Assembly: GCA_037446215.1 (NCBI GenBank)
Contig: JBBIJB010000031.1
Span: 1-23,175 of the forward strand
Direction of reading: 5' to 3'
Length of the DNA: 23,175 bases
DNA from: Armatimonadota bacterium
GTDB lineage: Bacteria; Sysuimicrobiota; Sysuimicrobiia; Sysuimicrobiales; Humicultoraceae
The notes under the pieces are model-generated. The model made no database searches, was not told the DNA's origin, and saw only the letters and a program-made list of their open reading frames with translations. Positions 1 to 8,581 of the stretch are shown here, one piece after another (the stretch's first letter is position 1; each line of letters begins with the position of its first letter). Made by a program: the position numbers and the translations under genes.

Positions 1-24
1 CCCCTGAGCCTTCCGGCTCGGGGG
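1..24 (-). terminator. GC-rich hairpin with GGAA tetraloop just downstream of the pilX-like stop; possible terminator
   Basis: Minus strand reads CCCCGAGCC-GGAA-GGCTCAGGGG a few nt after the stop codon; any U-tract would lie beyond the window edge. Confidence 0.4.
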
Positions 25-30
25 CCGGCC

Positions 31-1416
31 CTACTGATCCTTCCAGGAGCGCAGCTTGCTGAAGTTGGTGAAGGTCGTGGTTCCCATCAGGCCGGTGGTG
101 TCGTAGGTGAACACGAAGTCGCGGTCTATATCGGTCCAGTTTGACAGGATCGCCCCATAGAACTGGCCCACCACCCCGACCATCCTGTCCAGGTCGACCT
201 CGCCGTTGGGCACGTGCCACGCGCCTGCAACGATGCTCGAGCGGTCTATCTGGACGGCGGCCGGATCACGGCCCGTGGAGCGGACACGGAAGGTGAGGCG
301 CCCCGCCGGAACCGGAACGGTCCCGTAGGGAGCCGTCGACAGCATCCCTATGCGGCCGTACTGGCCCAACTGCACGGCCGTCCCGGTCGTCCTGGCGACC
401 CTGACCTCGACGTTGCCGGCCCCCTCGATGATGAGTCGGGCGCAGCGCTGCATGGTCAGCGACTCCATCTCGACGACCCTGGTCGTGCCCGCGGGGCCGG
501 CCCTGATGACGAGGTCGCGGAAGGGCGTGGTGCCTGTGCAGCCGCCGGACCCCCCGGCGGCGTTCACGGTCACGTTGCGCAGCGCAACGTTCCCCGCGGA
601 GGCATTGATCTCGTAGCTGGTGGTCGGGGAGGCCACGGTGACGTCCGTGGTGCCCGGCGCGAACGCCGGAAGAGGAACCGCCGGGCAGACAGGGCCCGGG
701 GCCCCGGAGACCGCGCGGCCCGCGACCTGAAGCGCGCATCCCTGGGAGCACGACACCGTTCCAACGGCCAGCGCGTCCCCAGCATACGACAGGGTGCCGT
801 AGGGCGGCGGGGCGGCCGCGCTGTTCTGGATCTGCGAATAGCTGGTCGAAGGCCCCAGCAGGGTTATGTTGGCGTTGGAGCCGACGTCGCCGTAGACCGT
901 AATCCCCTGGTTGATCGTCACTGTATCGTAGGAGCAGATCGCGTAGGTGCCCACGCCTTCAGGGAAGCCCTCGATGACCGCGACGACCACGCGGCGGGGG
1001 CCGCCCGAGGGAAGGGTGCCCTGGGAGACGATGCGCCGTAAGGCCGCGTTGGCGCCGCTGCACGGAGGGGTCGAGTCGGTCGCGTCGAGGCATCTAACCC
1101 TTACCACCGCCTGGCCCAGAGACTGCCCCGTGATCCCGTCGGTGATGGGAACGGTCTCGCCCGCGTAGGAGGCGGCCCCGGTCGACTGCAGCTTCGCCAT
1201 GGCGTAGTGAACGCCGGCCTCGGCGATGTTGAAGACGCGCACCGCCTGTATCTGGCGGACGCCGGCGGCCACGTCGGCGGTCACGAGCAGCATCACGCCG
1301 ACCGAGACCACGGCGATGAGCCCGAGGAACAGCAGGATGAACATCATCACCGCGCCGCGCTCGCCGGCCCTGGTCCTTGAGTGTGCTGTTCTCACCGATG
1401 CTTCCATCTTCCTCAT
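31..1416 (-). CDS. PilX/GspK-like minor pilin with a large C-terminal domain (461 aa)
   Basis: Basic leader, then ERG|AVMMFILLFLGLIAVV with no Glu at +5 (a PilX/GspK hallmark); PilX N-terminal motif 'VFNIAEAGVHYA'; last gene of the prepilin cluster; GAGG RBS. Confidence 0.8.
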   Translation of the reverse strand: MRKMEASVRTAHSRTRAGERGAVMMFILLFLGLIAVVSVGVMLLVTADVAAGVRQIQAVRVFNIAEAGVHYAMAKLQSTGAASYAGETVPITDGITGQSLGQAVVRVRCLDATDSTPPCSGANAALRRIVSQGTLPSGGPRRVVVAVIEGFPEGVGTYAICSYDTVTINQGITVYGDVGSNANITLLGPSTSYSQIQNSAAAPPPYGTLSYAGDALAVGTVSCSQGCALQVAGRAVSGAPGPVCPAVPLPAFAPGTTDVTVASPTTSYEINASAGNVALRNVTVNAAGGSGGCTGTTPFRDLVIRAGPAGTTRVVEMESLTMQRCARLIIEGAGNVEVRVARTTGTAVQLGQYGRIGMLSTAPYGTVPVPAGRLTFRVRSTGRDPAAVQIDRSSIVAGAWHVPNGEVDLDRMVGVVGQFYGAILSNWTDIDRDFVFTYDTTGLMGTTTFTNFSKLRSWKDQ

Positions 1417-1456
1417 GGCAACCTCTGAAAGCGCCCCGGCCGCCCGCGGGCTCCGG

Positions 1457-2239
1457 CTAGGGTAGCTCGTTTACCTCCTTCGAATTGACCCAGACGTTGG
1501 CGTTCGGCTCCGGGTTGCGCAGCATCACGTCCCGCGTCCAGGACTGCGCCTGGACCCCTGACGTCCCCTCCTGGCCCTGCACCTGGAGCGCTATCCGTAT
1601 CATCTGGATCCGACGGATGTGTCCCGCGGAGGTGAGGCTGGTCACCTCGACGCCGTTGGGGCCGTAGTAGGTGAACCGCAGTGACGTCACCTGGATCCTC
1701 GGATCAGAGAGCGGAACGGTGCTCTCCGAGGATCCGCCGCAGGCCTTCCGGTACTCCATCACCACCTGCCGGCCCGTCGAGGAGTCGGTACCGACGAAGT
1801 AGCCGATGGTGATGATCTCGTTCCCCGAGGTCGTGTCGCTGTTCAGCATCTCCCCGCTGACGTAGACCCTGCCGGAAGTGGGCCTCATCTCCGGGTCTCC
1901 GGTGGACGCCGGCAGCGCGACCACGCGGTCCTTGCACCTGTTGGGGAAGGCGGCCTGAGCCGAGTCGGTCGGGTTGACGTTGAATCCCGCGTTGCGCAGC
2001 CGCTCGGACATCCACTCGAGCGTCTGACGGGCCGTCTGGGCGTCGGCGGAGCGCATCGAGGTGATCATCTTGCTGCGCACGGCGGCGCCAACCAGGATGG
2101 AGAACGCGCCAGCGATGATGGCCATCAGCGCCGCCGCGACCAGCACCTCGGCCAGGGTCATGCCCGCCTGGCCGTCGTGGGCACGTCTCGCGGGGCTGTT
2201 GGGCCGCTGGCCGGGATCAGGGCTCGGGCGCTGTCGCAT
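1457..2239 (-). CDS. PilW-like prepilin-type N-terminal cleavage/methylation protein
   Basis: Class III signal QAG|MTLAEVLVAAAL with E5; 'ERLRNAGF' resembles the PilW helix-end motif; start overlaps the upstream gene. Confidence 0.8.
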   Translation of the reverse strand: MRQRPSPDPGQRPNSPARRAHDGQAGMTLAEVLVAAALMAIIAGAFSILVGAAVRSKMITSMRSADAQTARQTLEWMSERLRNAGFNVNPTDSAQAAFPNRCKDRVVALPASTGDPEMRPTSGRVYVSGEMLNSDTTSGNEIITIGYFVGTDSSTGRQVVMEYRKACGGSSESTVPLSDPRIQVTSLRFTYYGPNGVEVTSLTSAGHIRRIQMIRIALQVQGQEGTSGVQAQSWTRDVMLRNPEPNANVWVNSKEVNELP

Positions 2240-2684
2240 AGGTGAAATTCGCCACGTACGTGCTCAGGATGGTGTACGGCTGCGATGACGGCGCCTCGTA
2301 GAGAACCACCGTCAGCTTGCGCAGCGGCAGCGAGGCGTGGTTCTCGGCCAGGATCTCGGCCCGGTCGAACCCCGGCGGAATCCTGGGCTCGTCGACGGCA
2401 CCGTAGGTCGTGTAGCCCGTGGTCTGGGTCAGGATCCGCTTGTTGCCCACCTGAGGTATGAACGAGTAGCCGTGCAGCCGGAGGTAGTCGAGCTCCGCCT
2501 GCACCCATGCCGCGGCGTCGGCGCGTATCTTCCCGCGCCGGGCGGTGCCCATGCCGTAGACCAGCCCTCCCAGCACGGTCGTCGCTATCACGCCGAGCAG
2601 GGCGGTCGCCACGACGATCTCGATGAGGGTGAAGCCCCTCTGCCCCCTGCGGCGGGACCGCCCTTCAGACGCTCTAGAGCGCAC
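2217..2684 (-). CDS. PilV-like minor pilin
   Basis: Arg-rich leader then QRG|FTLIEIVVATALLG; second gene of the cluster; 155 aa. Confidence 0.8.
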   Translation of the reverse strand: MRSRASEGRSRRRGQRGFTLIEIVVATALLGVIATTVLGGLVYGMGTARRGKIRADAAAWVQAELDYLRLHGYSFIPQVGNKRILTQTTGYTTYGAVDEPRIPPGFDRAEILAENHASLPLRKLTVVLYEAPSSQPYTILSTYVANFTYATAPEP

Positions 2685-3162
2685 GGTAGCTCACCCGGCC
2701 CGTCCCCGACTCCACCGTGATTGTGTAGGACTTGCCGGAGGTACTCGTCACGTCGAGCGTCAGCGAGGTGCTTGGGACGCCCCTGCGGTCGAAGGTGACT
2801 GAGGTGCCGGTGGGGCCGACGCCGAAGCTCATGTGGGAAGGCAGGGTGTCTCGCCTCAAGACCCGCATGATGCCGTTGTACGAGACTATGTCGTAGGTGC
2901 GGTTGGAGTAGAACGTGGCGATCACGCTGGACCTCTGGGTCATCGCCGCCTGCTGGCCGGCGGCGATGTCGTAGACAATCGCCCGCACCCAGCCGTCGGT
3001 CTCCTCGCGCAGCATCGCCCCCCGGACTTGGATCGCGGCCATCGCGAGCATCACGCCCACGAGGGAGAGCACTATCACTATCTCCAGCACGGTGAAGCCG
3101 CGCTGGCCGCGGGGCCGCCCGCCGCCCCGTGCCTGGCTGTTCTTCGGCGCTGAAATCGACAC
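2674..3162 (-). CDS. FimT/FimU (GspH)-like minor pilin
   Basis: QRG|FTVLEIVIVLSLVG; C-terminal 'VTFDRRG...ITVESGTGRV' is typical of FimT/GspH. Start reassigned to GTG 3162 (or TTG 3165) behind GAGGGA rather than TTG 3285. Confidence 0.8.
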   Translation of the reverse strand: MSISAPKNSQARGGGRPRGQRGFTVLEIVIVLSLVGVMLAMAAIQVRGAMLREETDGWVRAIVYDIAAGQQAAMTQRSSVIATFYSNRTYDIVSYNGIMRVLRRDTLPSHMSFGVGPTGTSVTFDRRGVPSTSLTLDVTSTSGKSYTITVESGTGRVSYRAL

Positions 3163-3283
3163 CAAGACACCATCCCTCAACTGCCCGGGAGCCCTCAGGT
3201 GGATGCAGGGACTCCTTCCGTCTTCTATTGCCCAGGGGACCTCGCGGCTAGTCCCGTTCGCGGCCCTTCCTGCTTCCTCCGCC

Positions 3284-3310
3284 AACGAAGCGTGCGCCTC
3301 GGCCTATTCC
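3284..3310 (-). promoter_or_regulatory. Candidate ECF-type promoter (GGAAT-N19-GTT) upstream of the pilin cluster
   Basis: Minus strand GGAATAGGCCGAGGCGCACGCTTCGTT in the intergenic gap; resembles the motif at 15562-15587. Confidence 0.35.
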
Positions 3311-3356
3311 CAAGAAGAGGCGCCGTACGGCTGCCGGGTGAGCGATCGCCGGCACC

Positions 3357-4361
3357 CTAACCGAACAGGTAGGTCTTCTCCCGCGGAACCACCAGGCGCA
3401 CCGGGCCTCGCGGGAGGAGCGTGCGCCTGTCGGCCATCACCACCTCGCCGCCCACCTGGACGTAGGCGCGGTATCCGGCGCCGAGGAAGAGCATGTCCAC
3501 CAGCTCCCCGTCCGCCCAGACCGCGCCTTCGGGGGGCGGGCCGCCCGATGGGAGCATCTCGATGTCCTCGGCGCGGAAGATCAGCCTGCTGCCCTCGGCC
3601 GGGACGATCCTGCCCGAGGGGTCGATGCCCGCGGACAGCACGTTGGTGGCACCGAGGAACTCCGCCACGAAGGCGTCCCGCGGACTGGCGTAGACCTCCT
3701 CGGGCCTGCCCGCCTGGGCCACGCGCCCCGAGTCCATCACGACGACCATGTCGGCGATGCTCATCGCCTCCTCCTGGTCGTGGGTGACGTAGATGGCCGT
3801 TATGCCGGTGCGGCGCTGCAGGGCCCTTATCTCGACCCGCACCCGGTGGCGGATCTTGGCGTCCAGGTTCGAGAGCGGCTCGTCCAGCAGCAAGACCTTG
3901 GGGCGCACCGCGACGGCGCGGGCGAGCGCCACGCGCTGCTGCTGCCCGCCCGAGAGCTCCCGGGGCCTCCGCCGCTCTACCCCGGGCACGCGGTCCAGCT
4001 CGACAAGCTCGAGGGCTTCACCCACGCGACCCGCGACATCCCCCCTGGGGACCTTTCGGAGCCGCAGGGCAAACGCTATGTTCTCGAAGACGGTCATGTG
4101 AGGCCACAGCGCGTAGCTCTGGAAGACCATCGCCGCGTCGCGGGCCTGGGGCATGACGCCCGTGACGTCCCGGTCGCCCATTAGGATCCGGCCGGCATCG
4201 GGGGTCACGAAGCCGGCCAGGCTGCGCAGCAGCGTCGTCTTGCCGCACCCTGACGGCCCCACGACCGCGGTCAGCGCGCCCGAAGGAAAGGCCTGGGTGA
4301 CGCCGTCGAGCGCCCTGACCTGGCCGTAACGCTTAACGAGGTTCTCGACGCGGACTTCCAT
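3357..4361 (-). CDS. ABC transporter ATP-binding protein (PotA/FbpC-like)
   Basis: Walker A GPSGCGKT, Q-loop FQSYALWPH, signature LSGGQQQR, Walker B LLLDEP, H-loop YVTHD. Confidence 0.95.
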   Translation of the reverse strand: MEVRVENLVKRYGQVRALDGVTQAFPSGALTAVVGPSGCGKTTLLRSLAGFVTPDAGRILMGDRDVTGVMPQARDAAMVFQSYALWPHMTVFENIAFALRLRKVPRGDVAGRVGEALELVELDRVPGVERRRPRELSGGQQQRVALARAVAVRPKVLLLDEPLSNLDAKIRHRVRVEIRALQRRTGITAIYVTHDQEEAMSIADMVVVMDSGRVAQAGRPEEVYASPRDAFVAEFLGATNVLSAGIDPSGRIVPAEGSRLIFRAEDIEMLPSGGPPPEGAVWADGELVDMLFLGAGYRAYVQVGGEVVMADRRTLLPRGPVRLVVPREKTYLFG

Positions 4362-4368
4362 GGTACTG

Positions 4369-5223
4369 CTACAGCCTCCCGAAGAACGCGAGGTACTCGG
4401 CGCGCAGGAACCGCTCCATCGCCACCAGCAGCACTACGCCCGGGATCATCAGCACCAGGGCGGTCACCGAGGCGATCTGCAGCTCGTATCCCAGGCTCGC
4501 GGTGTACATGTAGACGGGCAGCGTAGTGACATAGGGGGCGCCGACGAGCAGCGTCCCGGTGAACTCGTCCAGCGAGTAGATGAAGACCAGTATCGAGCTG
4601 GCGACCACTCCCGGCAGCGCAAGGGGAAGGGTGATCCGGAAGAAGGTCCGTGTGAACGACGCCCCCAGGTTGATGGCGGCCTCCTCGATCTCCTCGCCGA
4701 TGGCACGGAAGACCGCGGTCATGGTCCAGACGGAGTAGACCAGCCCGCCGACCAGGTGGATCAGCACGACCCCGAGGAAGGTGCCCGCCAGGTTCCAGCG
4801 GTAGAAGAGGACCGCCGCGCTCGCGAAGACCGGAAGCTGGGGGAACGCCTGGGGCAGCAGGAACAGCATGAGCACGACCGGCCCCAGAGGCAGGCGGGCC
4901 CTCGCCGCCCCGTAGGCGATGGGCACCGAGGTGACGAGCGCCGCGGCCGTGGTCACCAGCGCGATGGAGACGCCCCGCGTGAGAGCGCCCAGTAGGTCCC
5001 CCTGCGTTATCCGCGCCCAGTACTTCGTCCCAATCTGCTGGGGGAAGACGGCGGGCCAGTACCAGCGCTCGGCGACCGACCAGAGCACGAGCCCCAGCAG
5101 CGGGCCCACGATCACCGCCAGCAGGATAGCGACGAGGGCCGTCCGGCCGATAATCGCTCCTAGGCCGCGTGGGCCCCGGCCCCGCGCCTGGGGGTTGCTG
5201 CCTGGATCGCGCCTCCCTTCCAT
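4369..5223 (-). CDS. ABC transporter permease (PotC-like)
   Basis: Several hydrophobic segments; EAA loop 'IEEAAINLGAS'. Confidence 0.93.
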   Translation of the reverse strand: MEGRRDPGSNPQARGRGPRGLGAIIGRTALVAILLAVIVGPLLGLVLWSVAERWYWPAVFPQQIGTKYWARITQGDLLGALTRGVSIALVTTAAALVTSVPIAYGAARARLPLGPVVLMLFLLPQAFPQLPVFASAAVLFYRWNLAGTFLGVVLIHLVGGLVYSVWTMTAVFRAIGEEIEEAAINLGASFTRTFFRITLPLALPGVVASSILVFIYSLDEFTGTLLVGAPYVTTLPVYMYTASLGYELQIASVTALVLMIPGVVLLVAMERFLRAEYLAFFGRL

Positions 5224-5229
5224 GTCCGG

Positions 5230-6096
5230 CTACTTCGCCAACGATCTCAGGTAGTAGTAGGCGGCGCCGGCGGCCAGCAGGTAGGAGACGACGCCTATCG
5301 CGCTCGCCGTCCCGAAGTCGCCGTGCTGGCCGTAGCGGTGGTAGAGGTCGATCATCAGCATCTGGGGGCCGGATCCCCTCGACATCATCAGCGGGATCGA
5401 GAAGGAGGCGAGCATCGAGGTCAACGACAGCACGGCCGCCAGGCCGATCGACGGGGCGGCCATCGGCACCAGCACCGCCCAGATCTGTCGGATCGGACCG
5501 GCGCCGAAGCCCCGCGCCGCCTCCAGATAGGACTCATCCACGCCCCGAAACGCGCCCATCAGCAGCAGGACCACCAGCGCGAGGTGCTTCCACGCGAGCG
5601 CGATGGCGAGCCCCATCCACCCCTCGCTGAAGGCGAGGGTAGTATCCGCGGGAACCAGCCCCAGCGCGTGCAGCGTGGAGAGCAGCGTTCCCCTGGGCGC
5701 CAGGAAGACCCGCATGGCATGCCCCACCACGACGAACGGCACGAACAGCGGAACCTTGAGAAGGAACTCGGCCACGTGCGAGTGGCGCAGCCTGAGATGA
5801 CCCGAGAGCGGTATGCCTATGCCGAAGGTCAGCAGGAGCCCGGCCGCCGCCACGCCTACCGTGTAGAAGACATCCTGCCTGTAGAGGCGGTAGACCAGCT
5901 CGTAGTTGGCGAGCGTCCAGTTCCCATCGCGCATGAAGGAGGCGGTCAGCGACTGCAGCAGCGGGAATCCGAAGCCGATGAGGATGACCGCGATCGCCGG
6001 CAGCGCGGCGAGCCACCAGAGAGCCTGCTCGAGCGGGCGCGCCCGCTCGACGGGACGAACCCGCCCCCCGAGCGCGCCCGCGGAGAGTGCCTTCAC
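5230..6096 (-). CDS. ABC transporter permease (PotB-like)
   Basis: Hydrophobic segments; EAA loop 'YLEAARGFGAG'; GTG start directly abuts the binding-protein stop. Confidence 0.93.
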   Translation of the reverse strand: MKALSAGALGGRVRPVERARPLEQALWWLAALPAIAVILIGFGFPLLQSLTASFMRDGNWTLANYELVYRLYRQDVFYTVGVAAAGLLLTFGIGIPLSGHLRLRHSHVAEFLLKVPLFVPFVVVGHAMRVFLAPRGTLLSTLHALGLVPADTTLAFSEGWMGLAIALAWKHLALVVLLLMGAFRGVDESYLEAARGFGAGPIRQIWAVLVPMAAPSIGLAAVLSLTSMLASFSIPLMMSRGSGPQMLMIDLYHRYGQHGDFGTASAIGVVSYLLAAGAAYYYLRSLAK

Positions 6097-7248
6097 CTAC
6101 CTGACTATCTCCTCGTACGCAAGCAGGATCGCATCGTAGTACTCTCCGAGCGGCATCTGCCTGGAGTACCTGGCGAGGTCGTCCGGGGTCACGCCCCGGA
6201 ACAGCAGCGCCCGGGCCGCGGGCGAGACCAGAGGCATCACCCTGTTGGGATCGATCCCGGGATACCAGCCGAACTGCTCGACGATCACCTTGGCCTGGAT
6301 CTGGGGGTTGGCGACCAGGTCAACGTACTTCACGGCCCAGTCGCGGTTGGCGGCCTCGCGGGTTACCGTCAGGTAGAGGGGGTAGATCGGGAGCCCCGGC
6401 GCGATCATCACGGGCGTGATCTCCGGGTTCATCCGACCCTCGTTCTTCCACGCCACGAGCTGGTCGACCCAGACGGCCCCCATCCATATCTCTCCGCGGT
6501 TCAGCGCGTCGAGCGTCCCGGCGTTGCCGGAGGTTATCAGCGCGTTCCGGTTGAAGTCGCGCAACTGCTCGATCGCGCCCCTTATCAGCCCGTCGTTGGC
6601 CTTGTCGAACGGCCCCTGCACGAAGAGGTCGTAGCGGCCGGTCTTGTAGTAGACCCATCCCATCGTGAAACCGATCCCGGAGACGCCGCCCTTGATCCCG
6701 TTGTATCCGAACCGCCTGGGGTTGGCGCGCACCCACGCCTCGAGCTCCGCGAACGACTTGGGCGGCCTGCTCACGAACTGAGGGTTGTAGGCGATCGCGA
6801 TCTGGTTCCTGAACATCGGAACGACGTAGCCCTTGATGTTGACGCCGAAGGCACGGTCGGTGTCGGGGCCGCTCACATACTGGCCGAACTGCATCTCCCC
6901 GACGAACTGGTGGAGGAGCTTCTCGCGCACCATCTGGGCGGCGTAGCGCATCGAGATGATCCCCACGTCTATGTCCCAGCCCTTGCGGCCGGCATCGGCC
7001 TGGGCCTTCACCTTCGTGTAGACGGCACGGCTGGCGGCCTCGCCCGTGCCGGTGCCGACGGCGTTCACCGTCACGTGAGGGTTGATCTTGCTGAAGGCCA
7101 CCCCCAGGTGGTTCCGGTGGACCTCCACGACGTTCACGTCCGCCGCGACGGCGACCTGGACGGTCACGCGCGGCTGGGCATAGGTTGCGGGGCCCGCGAC
7201 CGCCAAGGCCGCGACCACCGCGACTAGCACGGCGAGCGTTCTCATCAT
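6097..7248 (-). CDS. ABC transporter extracellular solute-binding protein (PotD/AfuA/YnjB-like)
   Basis: Start reassigned to ATG 7248 (ATGA overlap with upstream stop, RBS GGAGGAGG). Signal peptide MMRTLAVLVAVVAALAVAGPATYA|Q; 'IAYNP...PPKSFAEL' binding-protein motif. Confidence 0.9.
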   Translation of the reverse strand: MMRTLAVLVAVVAALAVAGPATYAQPRVTVQVAVAADVNVVEVHRNHLGVAFSKINPHVTVNAVGTGTGEAASRAVYTKVKAQADAGRKGWDIDVGIISMRYAAQMVREKLLHQFVGEMQFGQYVSGPDTDRAFGVNIKGYVVPMFRNQIAIAYNPQFVSRPPKSFAELEAWVRANPRRFGYNGIKGGVSGIGFTMGWVYYKTGRYDLFVQGPFDKANDGLIRGAIEQLRDFNRNALITSGNAGTLDALNRGEIWMGAVWVDQLVAWKNEGRMNPEITPVMIAPGLPIYPLYLTVTREAANRDWAVKYVDLVANPQIQAKVIVEQFGWYPGIDPNRVMPLVSPAARALLFRGVTPDDLARYSRQMPLGEYYDAILLAYEEIVR

Positions 7249-7799
7249 CCTTCCCTCCTCCACTGCGGGTGCTGAACGTGCGACGGGTGGCGGCCCGCCG
7301 CGCGCCGACGATCGTCCGCCATCGCCCACGCTGTCTCCACCGCCTCAAGCGGTGTGTCGGCACGGTGGATCGGATCGAAGCCGAGTCCGGCGCGCTGCAG
7401 GGTCCAGGTCCGGAATCCCACTACCGGAACGTCTAGCTTGAGCGCGAACGCGATCTCGGAGAGGGTGCCGTAGGAACCACCCACCGCGACGACCACGTCC
7501 GCGGTCCTGGCCACCAGCACGTTGCGGCCCTCTCCCATGCCGGTGGCGATAGGTATGGTGACGTAGGGGTTGGCGTCCTCGGCGTTCGGCGTCGGAAGGA
7601 TCCCCACGACCGTTCCGCCTTCGAGCGCGGCTCCCCTGGCCGCGGCCTCCATCACGCCCTCCATGCCGCCGCAGACGACGATCCCGCCCCGCCGGGCGAT
7701 CTCCCGCCCGACCTGCTCTGCCGCGGCCAGCATCTCGGAAGAGGCGTCGCGCTCTCCCACCACCGCGATCCTTACCGGTGTCGCCTGTCTTCTACTCAC
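7245..7799 (-). CDS. TIGR00725 / LOG-family Rossmann-fold nucleotide-binding protein
   Basis: 'VCGGMEGVMEAAARGA', 'RNVLV' and 'VGGSYGTLSEIAFAL' (variant of the LOG PGGxGTxxE motif). Probable GTG start at 7799 overlaps the GntR stop. Confidence 0.9.
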   Translation of the reverse strand: MSRRQATPVRIAVVGERDASSEMLAAAEQVGREIARRGGIVVCGGMEGVMEAAARGAALEGGTVVGILPTPNAEDANPYVTIPIATGMGEGRNVLVARTADVVVAVGGSYGTLSEIAFALKLDVPVVGFRTWTLQRAGLGFDPIHRADTPLEAVETAWAMADDRRRAAGRHPSHVQHPQWRREG

Positions 7800-8511
7800 A
7801 GTAGACCTCGTGGCAGTAGTCGATCGGGACGTCATCGTCGACGAAGGTCGTGCCCTCGACGACGAGCACGGGCGCGCCCAGCGGTATCCGCAGCAGCCGG
7901 GCTTCCGCCGCTCCTGCCGTTGCCGCGCGGAAGGAGCGGACGCTGCGCGTGAACTGGTAGCCGTAGTGATCCTGGATGATCGTGTAGAGCGAGTCCTCCT
8001 CCAGGTCCAGCCGGTCTAGGTCCGGGCACCTGGAGAGGGGAACGTAGGAGACGTTGTAGGCGATCGGGTGGGCGTAGACCGCCCGGAGGCGGCGGACCCG
8101 CAGCACCCTCTCACCGGCAGGCAGCCCTAGCGCATCGCGTATCGCCGCCGGGGGCCTGATCCGGCCGGAGCTCAACAGGGTGTTCTGGACCTCCAACCCG
8201 CGAGACCGCATCTCCTCGGTGAACGAGATGACGTTCCAGAACCGGCGCAGGGCGCGCGGACGCGTGACGAACGTTCCCTTGCCCCGGTCGCGGCGGAGGA
8301 AACCCTCCCGCACCAACTCCGCGATCGCCTGCCGGACGGTCATCTTGCTCACGCCCAGCGTCGCGCCCAGCTCCTGCTCCGAGGGCAGCTTCGCGCCCTC
8401 CCTCCGTCGCCCCGACCGGATGTCGCGCATCAGCACCGCCTTGAGCTGGAGGTACTTGGGGGTCCGGGAGTGGGGGTTGATGGGGCTGTTGACTAGACGT
8501 CTAGACGACAT
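7792..8511 (-). CDS. GntR-family regulator, HutC/UTRA subfamily
   Basis: wHTH 'LPSEQEL...VSKMTVRQAI..L...RGKGTFV' followed by a UTRA-like C-terminal domain. Confidence 0.95.
   Translation of the reverse strand: MSSRRLVNSPINPHSRTPKYLQLKAVLMRDIRSGRRREGAKLPSEQELGATLGVSKMTVRQAIAELVREGFLRRDRGKGTFVTRPRALRRFWNVISFTEEMRSRGLEVQNTLLSSGRIRPPAAIRDALGLPAGERVLRVRRLRAVYAHPIAYNVSYVPLSRCPDLDRLDLEEDSLYTIIQDHYGYQFTRSVRSFRAATAGAAEARLLRIPLGAPVLVVEGTTFVDDDVPIDYCHEVYCE
8489..8509. promoter_or_regulatory. Probable HutC-family operator (GTCTAGAC core) overlapping the GntR start
   Basis: TTGACTAGACGTCTAGACGAC contains palindromes CTAGACGTCTAG (8493-8504) and GTCTAGAC (8499-8506); matches the GTnTAnAC consensus of HutC/DasR/NagR sites. 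Confidence 0.7.
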
Positions 8512-8520
8512 CTCAGGTTG

Positions 8521-8549
8521 AGACTACGGCAGGCGGGCCGGCTAGTCAA
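8521..8549 (-). promoter_or_regulatory. Sigma70-type promoter of the GntR-LOG-ABC operon
   Basis: TTGACT (8549-8544), 17-bp spacer, TAGTCT (8526-8521); the ATG is 9 nt downstream of the -10. Confidence 0.75.
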
Positions 8550-8560
8550 GGGGGCGTATC

Positions 8561-8577
8561 GCGGGCCGTCGGCCCGC
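8561..8577 (-). terminator. GC hairpin after the UPF0182 stop
   Basis: GCGGGCC-N3-GGCCCGC, 4 nt after the stop; no U-tract. Confidence 0.35.
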
Positions 8578-8581
8578 AGGG

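Noticed and set aside
3166..3356. c-di-GMP riboswitch upstream of the pilin genes
   Set aside because: Small hairpins are present but I could not find the class I or class II conserved motifs by eye; an Rfam scan would settle it.
5323..7227. 634-aa plus-strand ORF
   Set aside because: Antisense shadow of the ABC genes; no motifs; long stop-free antisense frames are expected at high GC.
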